Positions 1 through 26,000 of a stretch of 64,000 bases of DNA are shown here, one piece after another. The position numbers and the translations under genes were made by a program. Location: contig CM035351.1 of the NCBI GenBank assembly GCA_020137815.1, forward strand, positions 1,302,001 through 1,366,000, in the 5' to 3' direction. The notes under the pieces were generated by a model. That model was not told the origin of the DNA. It did not search any database and worked only from the letters and a program-made list of their open reading frames with translations. Origin of the DNA: Hormiphora californensis (lineage: Eukaryota > Animalia > Ctenophora). The stretch's first letter is position 1. Every line of letters begins with the position of its first letter.

Positions 1-776
1 GTCACACCGTGTATTGTGTAACTGTCACACCGTGTATTGTGTAACTGTCACACCGTGTATTGTGTAACTGTCACACTGTGTATTGTGTGACTGTCACACC
101 GTGTATTGTGTAACTGTCACACCGTGTATTGTGTAACTGTCACACCGTGTATTGTGTAACTGTCACACACCGTGTATTGTGTAACTGTCACATCGTGTAT
201 TGTGCAACTGTCACACCGCGTATTGTGTAACTGTCACATCTTGTATTGTGTAACTGTCACACACCGTGTATTGTGTAACTGTCACATCTTGTATTGTGTA
301 ACTGTCACACCGTGTATTGTGTAACTGTCACACCGTGTATTGTGTAACTGTCACACATCGTGTATTGTGTAACTGTCACACATTGTATTGTGTAACTGTC
401 ACACCGTGTATTGTGTAACTGTCACACCGTGTATTGTGTAACTGTCACACCGTGTATTGTGTAACTGTCACACCGTGTGTTGTGTAACTATCACACCGTG
501 TATTATGTAACTGTCACACTGTGTATTGTGTAACTGTCACACCGTGTATTATGTAACTGTCACACACCGTGTATTGTGTAACTGTCACACTGTGTATTGT
601 GTAACTGTCACACCGTGTATTGTGTAACTGTCACACTGTGTATTGTGTAACTGTCACACCGTGTACTGTGTAACTGTCATACCGTGTATTGTGTAACTGT
701 CACACCGTGTATTGTGTAACTGTTGCACCGTGTATTGTGTAACTGTCACACACCTTGTATCATTGTGTAACTGTCA
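1..776. repeat. 23-bp tandem minisatellite (GTCACACCGTGTATTGTGTAACT)n, about 33 copies, truncated by window start
   Basis: Directly visible tandem array with few substitutions and occasional +CA slips. Confidence 0.95.
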
Positions 777-1003
777 GAACACGTTAAGGCCAGGGACGAC
801 CTCCCTACCATTCTAATCCTATCCATGATCCACTAAAAGATAAACACGGTATCTCATGGGTTGTTTAACATACTAATAGAAAGTCAGTTGACACAATCAC
901 AACACTATACATGCTCTGTGTTACACACTACATAACATTGCTATTTACATATATCGCTACATAAGTTAATCACAAGTTTAGCTAAATAACCCGGTATCTA
1001 TAA

Positions 1004-1730
1004 TAGTAGGGTCGGTTGTGGGAAGTTGGGTCTGGAATTTTAAATTTGACTTGCTGATATGATTAGGGACTCTATAAAAAGTCCAAAGTACCATCCCACA
1101 GGTCTCTACCACCCCCGGTTCACTAATTAGTCGTAATTATGTGATTTATGACGTTATCGCCAATTAGCACTAATAATACCAGTTCCTGGTCACTTAGAGC
1201 TTAGATTTTGATACCAGCTGATAGAGGATCACTAGATTAGTGGGCATTCAAAATTTTAGGTCGATCGGAGTTATGGTCGAGGAGTTATAACCGTTTTTCC
1301 GTTTGGCTGGCGGTTGGCTGGCACCACGTGGGATTACGGGTTTAGGTCGTCGTGGGAGGTCGTCATTGGTCGCGTTCGATCGGGCTCGATGAGGTGATCA
1401 AAACCTAGTGGGGCCAGACCTTGGCCCCACCCCGTTCTTGGGTTATTGGGCTTTTTCGGTTTCCCGCCAAAATATTTTCCCGCCAAAACCGAAAAAATCT
1501 AGTGATCCTCTATCAGCTGGTATCAAAATCTAAGCTCTAAGTGACCAGGAACTGGTATTATTAGTGCTAATTGGCGATAACGTCATAAATCACATAATTA
1601 CGACTAATTAGTGAACCGGGGGTGGTAGAGACCTGTGGGATGGTACTTTGGACTTTTTATAGAGTCCCTAATCATATCAGCAAGTCAAATTTAAAATTCC
1701 AGACCCAACTTCCCACAACCGACCCTACTA
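1004..1730. mobile_element. MITE with ~235-bp terminal inverted repeats (PIF/Harbinger-like TAA TSD; a TA TSD reading is also possible)
   Basis: 1004-1238 is the reverse complement of 1496-1730; TAA at 1001-1003 and 1731-1733; no ORF. Confidence 0.85.
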
Positions 1731-1920
1731 TAAGACTCAGTCTATACTATCTAAACTCTCTACTTGATCAGCCTGTGTGTCACTAGATGAGTACTACAGT
1801 AGTATGTCTGTGTCAGAACTCAATTGACCACATGGGGTACTAAAGATCTGGCGCTGCCAGACAGTGATATACTTTGATAAGTCCACTGTGCGCTTCAATA
1901 AATATATAAACAGTCTTTAA

Positions 1921-3223
1921 GGGTACACCTGGCGTTTTTCATCATCGAGTGCCCAACCAAATGACTTCACCAGGGTTTAGGCCATACAAAATGGACCTCA
2001 AATATGCAATTTTAGCCCTAAAGTCGAATTCATATTTTTGCTACAGCCTATTTTCAAAGTGGCGTTTTTTCAATTTTTGGTGGAATTTTTAACCTCAGGA
2101 CCATTTTTTTTGAGATAGAAACATCAAATTCTTGGAATTTGAAGAGAATATAAAGGTAAATAACCCCAAAGAAGGATTTTTGAAATGGAGCTTATTTCTG
2201 GTCATGAGAACGGTTTACTTTTTTGCTTCTTTAACACGCTGGCTGAGAATGTTCCCATGCTTCATTAGAGATGAAAATCTGGAAATAGTTGCTCAAAACG
2301 ATTATCTATGTGGCCTAAAAATTTTGGAACTTTCCCGCCAAAGATGCGGTGTACAGAGCTTGTTTTGTGAAACCCGTCTTTTTGAAAAAGGGGGAAATTC
2401 CCTGTATCTCAAAAACGGATGATCGTAGAGACCTGCGACCAAGCTTAATCGATTCAGAAGGTCCGATTTTGGGGGGGTCTTCTGAGAGACATTTTGCTCC
2501 TACTCCAACCGTTTTTGCTGTAATTGCGAAAAAGGTATCAGCAAGTAAGGGGGAAATCAGCCCGAAGCAGGCTACTGGAATAGAGTTGTTCCCCCTATTC
2601 ATAGAATTGGTTTTTTGCAATTACAGCAAAAACGGTTGGAGTAGGAGCAAAATGTCTCTCAGAAGACCCCCCCAAAATCGGACCTTCTGAATCGATTAAG
2701 CTTGGTCGCAGGTCTCTACGATCATCCGTTTTTGAGATACAGGGAATTTCCCCCTTTTTCAAAAAGACGGGTTTCACAAAACAAGCTCTGTACACCGCAT
2801 CTTTGGCGGGAAAGTTCCAAAATTTTTAGACCACATAGATAATCGTTTTGAGCAACTATTTCCAGATTTTCATCTCTAATGAAGCATGGGAACATTCTCA
2901 GCCAGCGTGTTAAAGAAGCAAAAAAGTAAACCGTTCTCATGACCAGAAATAAGCTCCATTTCAAAAATCCTTCTTTGGGGTTATTTACCTTTATATTCTC
3001 TTCAAATTCCAAGAATTTGATGTTTCTATCTCAAAAAAAATGGTCCTGAGGTTAAAAATTCCACCAAAAATTGAAAAAACGCCACTTTGAAAATAGGCTG
3101 TAGCAAAAATATGAATTCGACTTTAGGGCTAAAATTGCATATTTGAGGTCCATTTTGTATGGCCTAAACCCTGGTGAAGTCATTTGGTTGGGCACTCGAT
3201 GATGAAAAACGCCAGGTGTACCC
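1921..3223. mobile_element. Near-perfect 1.3-kb palindromic non-autonomous DNA transposon, Kolobok-like
   Basis: Arms 1921-~2533 and ~2611-3223 are near-identical inverted repeats; TTAA at 1917-1920 and 3224-3227; GGG...CCC termini (RR..YY ends with TTAA fit Kolobok rather than piggyBac). Confidence 0.85.
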
Positions 3224-3450
3224 TTAAACACTCATAAACTCCCCTTTCACTCGTCCCCTCTTCCCCTTCCTGGTAAGAGATGGCCCGAGATGGTACACCG
3301 TACTCAACATAAACTCCCCCCTTAAAACCTTGTTAGTTGATCATACCTACCTTCACTCAAAAACTAATAAATATGATATGAAGTCTGTTCAAATAAATAG
3401 TCCATATCGTATCAAATGGAGTCCCCTGACAGAACACCAATTCAACTTGT

Positions 3451-15819
<12,369 letters not shown>

Positions 15820-17003
15820 CCCTCTTGTACTATTATAACGCTAAAAGAGGGGATTAGCTGAGTGGGGGGACTCGTAACAAGGCTTTAGCACCACAAAATG
15901 TCCACAGAATTTCAAAATGGAGCCATTTATTTTGTAGTGCATGCGAAGCTTTGTGAGGCTTTGACTGGGAGCTAAAACAAGCAGAGTGAAAACAAAGGGG
16001 GAAGCTATGGGGAAGTCCCTCACTTCTTCATTAAGAACGAGAGAGGGTTCCTGGATCTGCCAGGCTGAAGAAGGATAGTATAGCCTGCCATTGGACAGTG
16101 GACAGTGAGAAGACATAGCAATAGGATGCCGTCGATCACTTTCGCGATATGACTTAAGCACATTTCTAAACTTAATTGCTTAATTATGAATGAAGACTGA
16201 AGGACACTCTCAAATCTCACAGGGCTCCCCCGTCTCCATGGTGGCTGGTGCCGACCAAAATTCAAACTATGCAAGATTTTCAATATAAAAAATAATTTCA
16301 TACAAAATGCGACCTAATATAAAACTAGGGTATGGTACATAAGCCGCTAGAAAGCCCACAAAAAGGTTTCAAAAATCGAAACAGTACAAATTTTTCTGTT
16401 TGCAAAATCTAAAATTTTGAGAGTGAATTTTAAATTTAAATCTGAGTTTTTGTTACAACAAACGCGCGGCGCGTCATTTTTGGCATTTGACTATACTCAA
16501 TTGCGCGCGTTACGTCAATGTGGGAGATTGTGACGTGGATGGTAGATTCAGAGAATCCTGTTCTGACCGATGGGCTTCCTTGACTCTTGTGTAATGCACA
16601 CAATGTGTATCATGTATGACGGATTGTCATGTGAAATCGTGACATATCACTGTCAGTGTCATTTTCAGTGACATACTTATTGTAAGAGTAATAAAATCTT
16701 TCAAAGACACTGATCTAGATTTTAAAAACATAAACAAGTATTATACAGTTTACCATTTTCAGTAATCCATACGATTATATATTTTGTATCCCAGAAAAAA
16801 TGTCTCTGATTATGATTTAAAAAATAATCCTTTCTGTCAAATGCATTGTCTGTCTGACTAGAAAAAAAACCGGATATTTGTACCTAGAACGGCACCATAA
16901 AAATACATTTAATTTCACACAAAAAGTGTGAATTGTTCAACCAAATTCCTGCCCAAAATTCAGCGTTTTGGTTCGTCATTCTATCGTTCTATCATCAACT
17001 TCT

Positions 17004-20000
17004 CTACGACTGCATGGTGATGAACTTTGCGATTTGTAGTTGGTGCTCAGATACACAGGTCTCATGGTCACCATCCACTGAGTCCACATGGACCTTGCCA
17101 GAACACAACTCACTCAAACCGTAGTCTTCCCCGTCCTGAAAATATGAAATTTAGTAAAAAAAAAGTGTGTCAACTTTTTTACTTGTATGTACATGTTGTA
17201 GACAAAAACTACTAAAAAAATACTCTGAAATTTGCTGAAGGATTCCACTTTGAAACCCTCTAAATTACCTGGAAACTATCTTTTGCCCGCAAAAGATGCA
17301 CAGGAGCGGAGAGGAGAGATGATGGTTTGTATCCATCCGCCATAAGAATCAGTCTGACGTATGCTTCACACTTCGCCTCGTGTTCAGCAACATCCATCCT
17401 TGGCCGAGACTCTTTTAGAATGGACAGGGCCAGCTGGGAGAGAGTGTGGTTTAGTAAACTATATAGCTTGATAAGAGTTCATTGAATTGTTCATAAGCCA
17501 TGCCACGGCCCCATAAGCTAACGTGTTTTTCTGAAAAGAAGTCTCTAGTCTAGATCAGATACCCCAACTACCACCACCGTTATATCTTACCTTAGTTTGA
17601 GCGGTAGTGTCACTATTCAGATGGGTAATCTTCTCGTACATCCCTTCAGCAGCCTGATCCCCAAAGTTCCGTCTCACATAACTCAACACTGACTCTGTAC
17701 TGTACTGCAGCTGGGTTCTGTTCATCTTCAGAACCTCCTCCTTACCTCCCTCGATCTGACCCCGGACCCAGTTGGGAGAGCCATCAATAAGGCACAACCC
17801 ACCCTCCATACCATCTCCCTTACTCTGCAGGGCGATCTCAAATGCGACAACAGCACCGAATGAATAGCCTCCCAGTCGGAATGAGGCTGATCCCCGGTGA
17901 GAGTTAATAGCAGCCAGATAATGGGATGCCAGGTTCTCTACTGAGTCCAGAGGGGCCGATGAGGTCAGTTGAACTCCGTATACCGTCCTTCCTAGGTGCT
18001 GGGCAATATTTTTCAAGTGGTGTCAGATCCAGTGTGATAGGGTGTATCAGATAAGAGTGGAGTAGTGTCAGAAACTTTCTTCAACTCCACAACAATCCCC
18101 TCACTCCCATCTTTCTTTTCCTCTTTAGTCTCAGCAGCTGTCCTCCCCACCACCATTCTGTAGCCCTGCGATGGCCTCTAGGGTCAGGTTCCTTATCTCC
18201 TTACTAGATAACCGAATATCAGCTCTCTCCAGAGCCTGCTTCACCTCCACTCCCATTAGAGAGTCCAAGCCCAAGATCACCCAGTGTGGCCTTGTGGTCC
18301 AGCTTGGTGGGGTCCTGATGCTCCCAGAATATTAGCTAACTACCATCACCAGATCAGTAGTCTGAGTCACCTGATCTCCCAGAATCAGCCTTGTCAGCCA
18401 AGACAATACTCGACACAACACCACACTTCAGCGTCATTGCTTTCGGACATGGTTGAGAGACAGTTCCAGATCCTCTGTGGGTATGTTCCCCCGATAGTTA
18501 GGCATCATTGCCCACCATGGAGTGGGCCATCCCCACATCTCCGATAGCACCCCACTGAATAGCGAGACCGGGTAGACCCTCTCTTCTCCTGCCCTCACAG
18601 ATCCTCTCCAACACACTGTTAGCTGCTGCATAGTTGCTCTGTCCCGAGTTACCCCGTCCACTAACTACACTGGAGAAACATACAAAGTGCTCCAATCCAG
18701 GGCAGATATCACGTGATAGCACATCCAGGTGTTGAGCTGTGGAAACCTTGGCCTGGAATACCTGCTGGAATTCCTTGATGGTCAGATTCTCCAACAAACC
18801 ATCTCGAAGGATTCCAGCCAGATGGAAGATACCTGTTAGAGGTGCGGAGAGAGACTCCAACATATTCCTAACACCCTGTTCCGTTGTTGTATCCCCAGTA
18901 ACTATGGTAACCACAACTCCTCGTGCTCGTAACCTGGATACAACCCACTTCTGGTAGGTATCACGTGGTCCTGACCGGCTGGTAACGATAATCCTAGTGG
19001 CACCCTGATCTGCCAACCATTGCACCAACTCTAAACCAAACCCACCTAGTCCACCTGTTACTAGATAACACTTCTCCTCCGCTGCAGAGAACCGTGGAAC
19101 AATGGATGAAGGAGGTGCACCGTCCTCACTCTTAGTACTGATAACCACCTTTCCAATGTGCTTCCCCTGCGCCATGTACCGGAATGCACCCTCTAGTTGG
19201 TTGTTGTGGAAGGTAGTGGTTGGGAGAGGTCGGACAACACCACTCTTCATACCATCCACTAGTAGTTGCCGGACCTCCTCCCAGTCAGTGTTGCCAGACT
19301 CGAAGAGGGCGTCTAGGAGGATACCATGGAATGAAATGTTGCGGAGAAATACAGCTAGACCCACTGGGTTGTTCTCGCTCATGTCGTATTTTCCGATTTC
19401 TAGGAAGCGGCCGTGTCGGGATACGCAGCGTAGTGATGCCTGGAGAGGGCGGAAAGGGGTTAGATGTTAAATCGGGAGTTGTTCTTGATAGCGTGACTAT
19501 CCTTCCCGTGACTAGTGCAGGAACGAACAAGGTAAATAGGGTTTGACACTCGATCAAGGGATGATTGTAGTTCTATTATTTACCTTGAGTTGATCTCCAG
19601 CGAGAGAGTTAAGGACAACATTGACACCCTTAGACCCCGTCATTCTCATTATATCCTGCTCAAACTTAGTATCCCGCGAGTAGAGGATGTGGTCCCTGAG
19701 GAGTCCAGGGAACCGCTCACATAGGAAGTCTGTCTTCAACTGGCTACCAACTGTAGTAAATACCTGGGTGAAGTGAGTTGTTAGAATAAGAAGAAATATG
19801 TTCTCCATATTCTGAAATCCGCAGCGTTTGTGCAGGGAATACGCAAGATATACGCACAGGATGTTCTCTCCTTACCTCGCATCCCATACTGAGTGCAATG
19901 CTAATAGCAGCCTGTCCCACACCCCCACTACCACTGTGAATCAACACGCTCTCTCCACGACGCAGTCTCCCTCGGCAGATTAGGGAGTAGTAGGCAGTAC

Positions 20001-23000
20001 AGTAGACAACCGGGACACTGGCTGCCTCTTCCAGGGACCAAGAGTCGGGCACCTGTGTGGGGTATCAGATGATTAGTTAGAGTCATGATACATCTCCAAC
20101 CCAATTAAAGATTGTTAGTTTTTGGAAGGATTCTAGCGTCTCAGTACACTTGACTTGGAACTGTTGAACTACTCAAGTTAACTAAACATACCGGCCAGGT
20201 GAATTCAGGTTTAGTAAGGACACGTGTAGCGAGAGCCTTGACGGGCAAGATACCCATGACACGTGATCCAGTCACGTGACCACTGAATTCCAATCCCAGA
20301 ACACAGTCATTGCTTCCCTGGAGCTCCATTGGTAGGGCATCAGGAGGCAGTTTCCCAGTGGCTATCATAACATCACGGAAATTGAGGGAGGCAAAGGAAA
20401 CCTGAACAATATGGGGGAGATGAGTAGGAACCGGCGATACCGGATATTTTTTTCTCGATTCGATCTCGATCTTTTTTTGGACGACCAAAATTTTTCGATT
20501 CGATCTCGATTCGATCTTTTGGGGTTCAAAAAATTTCGATTCGATCTCGATTCGATCTTTGAGCGTTCAAAAAATTTCGATTCGATCTCGATTCGATCTT
20601 TGAGGATTCAAAAACTTTCGATTCGATCTCGATTCGATCTTTCGGTTTTCAAAAAATCTCGATTCGATCTCGATTCGATCTTTGAGGGTTCAAAAAATCT
20701 CGATTCGATCTCGATTCGATCTTTTGGTTTTCAAAAAATTTCGATTCGATCTCGATTCGATCTTTGGGGGATGGAAAAATATCGATTCGATCTCGATTCG
20801 ATCTTTGTGCGATCAAAAACTTTCGATTCGATCTCGATTCGATTCGATCTTTCGATCCTTCGATTCGATCCTATAATAACGCCGGTTTCTACTGGCTAGG
20901 AACCGAAGATTCTTGATATTTTCTTCTCGATCCCGATTCGATCTTTGGGTGACCGATCAAAATTTTTCGATTCGATCTCGATTCGATCTTTGGGGGATCA
21001 AAAAATATTGATTCGATCACGATTCGATTTTTCGGGGTTCAAAAAATATCGATTCGATCTCGATTCGATCTTTGGGTGATAAAAAACTTTCGATTCGATC
21101 TCGATTCGATCTTTTGGGGTTCAAAAACTTTCGATTCGATCTCGATTCGATCTTTGAGCGTTCAAAAAATTTCGATTCGATTCGATTCGATCTTTGAGGG
21201 CTCAAAAAACTACTCGATTCGATTCGATTCGATCCGATCTCTCGATCTTTTGATTCGATTCGATATTATCGCCGGTTCCTAGAGATGAGTAACATATTTT
21301 AGGGGTTATACCTGACAATTGACAAAAATAATGCTTCTTTCTCTCCTAGTCTATCTATCTCTCTCTTCATCCCCCTTTCTTACCTCACAGGTTATCATGC
21401 CAGGTGAGACCTTTGGCTCAGGGGCCTGGATCCAGGACAGAGAAGACAGGTCACCCCTTGTAATAGTATCAACATAAGCAGCTGTTGTGGCACGTGATTC
21501 CTCTTCCCCCTTAGTGACAATATCAGTGTGTCTGTATGTGCCCCAGACCCCATCTCGGAGCACGTTGGAGACAAGGTCCCGGGTCATGATGGTGTCCCGG
21601 ATGGGTTTATTGAGGGGGACATCGCTTAGGATACTCCTGAGGAAAGAGGGTTGCAATTAGACATCGTGATTTTGAAACATGCCCACTTTGATGTTTCTTC
21701 AAATACTTTTAGCTAGTTATAGCCGGTAACCAGTAGTTACCAGCCGAGTTACCAGTCCGTTACTACTAGTTACAGTCTAGTTACATCCTCGTTACTAATG
21801 TAGTTACCTGATTTTAGGAGAGCAGTCCTCCTGTCTGAGAGCGTTACTAATTCCCTGGGTACCACTTTTCTCATCACCATACAACCACACCCTATCAACC
21901 CCATCATCCAGCACTGCAGACTGCAGTACCTCAGTCCAGGTGAACTCGTCAGATGAGACCTCCACAAACTTACACCGGGACTCTTCAATCTGTGGTGTGG
22001 TGTTCCTCAGTAGTACCACCCTGATATCACCAGCTGTAACACTAGCAACACAATCACCCATGGCAACCTGATCTCCACCCCAGCCAACATGGATCAACCA
22101 GCAGCCATCTTGAAGGGATCCCAACACGTTGCCTAGCGACTCCTCAGTAGGACACACTGCTGATGACGTCAAGATGACGTCATGTCGTGTGGAGATGGTT
22201 TCCATGGTAACATCCCAGACGAATGACTCTAATCCGGCGTGTTCATCCTCAACTAGCTCCTTCTGTCTCTCATCACCCACTGCTACCTTGTATGTGCATA
22301 TAGGTCGGCCTGGATTTGTGTTTAGCACCGACTCCGTGATGTTCTTCAACACCGACACTCCCCCAACCTCACAGACGGTTATGGGGCTGTTTCCTTCAAT
22401 ATTTTCCTGGCAGATATCCAAAAGATGTCTCAGGTTCTTCTCGAGGAGGTCTTTCAGCTCAGTTAGTGCAGCCACGTGATTGGTTGCTGTTACCGTGGTT
22501 GCCAGGGGTGATAGTGTCACGTGGTTAGGGGTGTAGTCGTAACTCTCAAACATGACTGGTTTTAGGTCAGATCTTCGTTGGGATAGCGTAGTGTGAAGTC
22601 CTGAGAGGGAGGAAAATGTATGAAAAACATGCTTTAGTAAAGCCTTGAAGATTAAAAAGAGCACCAATGCCTTGTCTATTTACCCATTGCCCTGACAACC
22701 TCTGACAACGTACCCTGAATAAGAACTCCTCCTGCGGAACACTCTGTAGTGTTGTGGTCAACAGTAAAGGTAATAGCGTCCCCTATTTCTGGCTGTTTAC
22801 TGGGATCAATGATCAACTGTCTAACTCGTGTGGGTAGTCTGAGTGCTCTACCACCATTTCCAATCAACTGAACCTGGGGAGAGAAAGAGGAGAGTTAGGT
22901 AATGGCACGATGATGAAGATGGAAATATTAACTCCATTCTGTCTTCTGCCAAAAACGAATGTTCTCAAACATGTCTTGTCCTCAGTGTGTACCTGTAGCA

Positions 23001-26000
23001 TGGTATCCAGGAAGCTGACCCAATCTCCATCCCATCTCAGTTCTCCACAAGTCCCAGCCTCATCAGCCTTGATGATGCCCTGGTAGAGTGGACCATACTC
23101 GTAACCACGCAACCTGAATTCCTTGTAGACCCCCTCGGGTGCTAGGACACACTCCTCCAAAGAGGGAGTTGTTGTTGAGTTGGTTGGCATGGCAACATCA
23201 TCAGCTAGGTACTGGCCAGTTACAATCAGAGAATCACCGTTTGTAACCTCGAATTTACGGGCTCCAGGAGATAGAGTTACTGTCATAGTGGTGGGCCCTT
23301 GAGTGCTCAGAATGGTCGCCTGATGGAGAAGAGAGGTTTACGTGAAAATGGAGGAAATAACGACACCGAATCCCAAACCATGTTTGATTGTGCATGTAAA
23401 CTCTCTGAATACTTGAACTCTATCTATCTATCCCTCACTTGATCTATTCCCTCTCTCTCCCTCTCTCGAAGAACAACACAAACACTCGGTGTGTTTATAC
23501 CTGATGTAGTGCAATCTCCTGCATGACGACAGGGAACTTGTCCACTGTAGAGTGGTGAAGAGTTGCCACACTCCTCCAAACTAGATACAGATACCCCGTG
23601 GCAGGGAGAAGATTCCTCCCATCAATCACGTGATCTCTCATCGTATTGTACACGTTGGATGTGTCTGTGGTGTCTACCTTGTAGTTGTAGGATACCTGTC
23701 CGCTGCCCCCACTGGCACTACCGAAGTCCTCTAGGGAGGGAGTGTTGTATTGGACTGAGTGGTCCCAGTCAACTAGCCCTGCCATGGGCGGCAGATTCAC
23801 CTGGGAGTTAGGGAGTGGTTGAAAGGAGAGGTTGGGGATAAGAGGATGAACCGGGAAGTTGTATAACTACCAGCTGGATAGCACAAGAAAACAAATGACC
23901 ACGAAATAAAATTCCAATAATTTACCAGTGGTAGGGAGGGTGCTTCGTAGAACTTTGAGAAGGCAGGATTGACTCCCCAGTTCCACAGTTTACCAATACT
24001 GTTCAGGAAGAACTCGACACATTTGGGGTCCATCCTCTTCATTAGAGACAGAACGGAACAGGAGGGTAGGGCCCGTTTTAGGATGGACTGGAGAAGACCA
24101 CATGCCGCAATTTCAACAACTATAGCATTCTCAGGAACGTGCTTCAGACTGTCATGGAACCTGTAGGGAAAGGGTGTTAGAGTGTTAAGGGTTTTAGCGG
24201 TGTTAGAGTCAGTTAGATGTTAGATTGGTGTCAGGTAAACTCGAAGATCTAGGGTGGAAACAAGTACAATAACAAGCTGGAAGATCGTGTTCCTTTATTT
24301 TGTGAAATGAAACTGGTGAAATCGCTCTACATAATAATTGTAATTCACCTGACGGGACTGACGAGGTTGTTTGACAGATAGGTTGCGTCACAGTTCTTGG
24401 CAAGATGCCAGTCTGCCTCTTTCCTAGAGGTACAAACCCACCCAGCTGACCGAGGTTTGGGATGGGGGATAACAGGCAACAAACACGCCTCCAATTTAGG
24501 TCCAACTGTCTCCAGTATGGGAGAATGGAAGGCCACACCACAACTCGCTACCATTTTTGCAAAGACTCCCTCACTCTTCAACTTCTCAACTAGACCCTCC
24601 ACCAAGGATTTCACCCCGGAAATGGTGACTGAGTCCTCGGAGTTGTGGCACGCAGCGACAACACCAGGTGGGCAGATTGCAGTGGCCTCCTCCCAGGTCA
24701 GACCAACAGCAGCCATGGCACCTTCATCCAAGTTGGCGTCCTTGATACACTTGCCTAGAGGAGGGAGGGGTTTAGTTTTGGGAGAAATTGGGTGGGGGAT
24801 TGGAGAAGTTTAGTGAAGAGAGTAAGAGGAAAACGAGAGTCGAGACCCGGGGCCAAAATAGGAGGACCCGGATCGGGGCTTACCTCGGAAATAGCTAGCC
24901 AGTATGGTCTGTTTGATATCCAAACATCCATCAGTGTACCCACAAACCAACTCCCCAACGCTGTGGCCAATAATCCCATCTGGCGTTAGTCCAAACTCTC
25001 TGAGTAGGTCCACTAGACCAATCTGAACTGCGCACAGCCCCACAAAGGCATTCTCTGGGGTTTGGAGGTTGGCGGCGGGGCTGGTTATCAAGGAGTAAAC
25101 GTCAATGTCACATCCAGGGACGGACCTGAGTGCTCGGGTACACGTCTCAATTGACCTGGGGAGAGTGATGGGTTAGTAAATAGAGATTAGAGAATCACCT
25201 TGGTGACGCACTACTAGCCGCACGAAGCACGGCAAACGAAGCCCGTGAGGGGATGGCATCACCAAAGAATCACCATCATCAGTTTGTCACTCGATCTACA
25301 AAACAGTACCATCCAAAACGACTACTCTTTTCTGTTACACTTACTTTCTGAAGGTTTCATATCGTAGCATGTCTCGCCCCATCTCGGGCCACTGGGCTCC
25401 CATTCCCGTCATAACGAACCAGAGTGGCCTCTTCTCAGTGGGAGGAGAACTCTCACCCACCACTGGCTCCCTCTTCACACCATTCAACACCACAAAGCCA
25501 CGTGTCACGGTGTTAGCAGGGGCTGCATTCTGTGCTATCATGTGCATGTAACTGAGTTTGTCATGGGTAACCTCCGCATCTCGGACCCGGTATAGGGATG
25601 ATAGGGTCTGGTCAGCAGAACGGTTGTAGTAGGGCACCAGCATTGGGATTTCAGAGTTAACGGGCCGGGCTTCCTCTCGAGAAACTCCCTGTGGAAATGG
25701 TTGCGTTATGGGCGAGTTTGGATAGAAGAGATTGGATTCATGAAGGAGCAACATTTGTGTTTATGAAGGAACAATGTTTGTGTTTATGAAGGAACAATGT
25801 TTGTGTTTATATGAAGGAACAATATTTGTGTTTATGAAGGAGCAATATTTGTGTTTATGAAGGAGCTAACCTGTAGGATAACGTGAGCATTGGCTCCACC
25901 AAAACCAAATGAGTTCACTCCAATTATGTCACCGGTGTTTAGTTCAAGGTGATTCGCTGTCACCGGCTGTACTGTCCCATCAACGAGGGGTGTCAACTGG

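Noticed and set aside
2132-3012. Mirror-image 96-aa and 66/113-aa ORFs as genes
   Set aside because: By-products of the palindrome arms, with non-ATG starts and no recognisable domain.
20425-21281. CRISPR-like repeat-spacer appearance
   Set aside because: Spacers are only ~16 bp and similar to each other, the array is bounded by TIRs with an 8-bp TSD inside a spliceosomal intron, and there are no cas genes.
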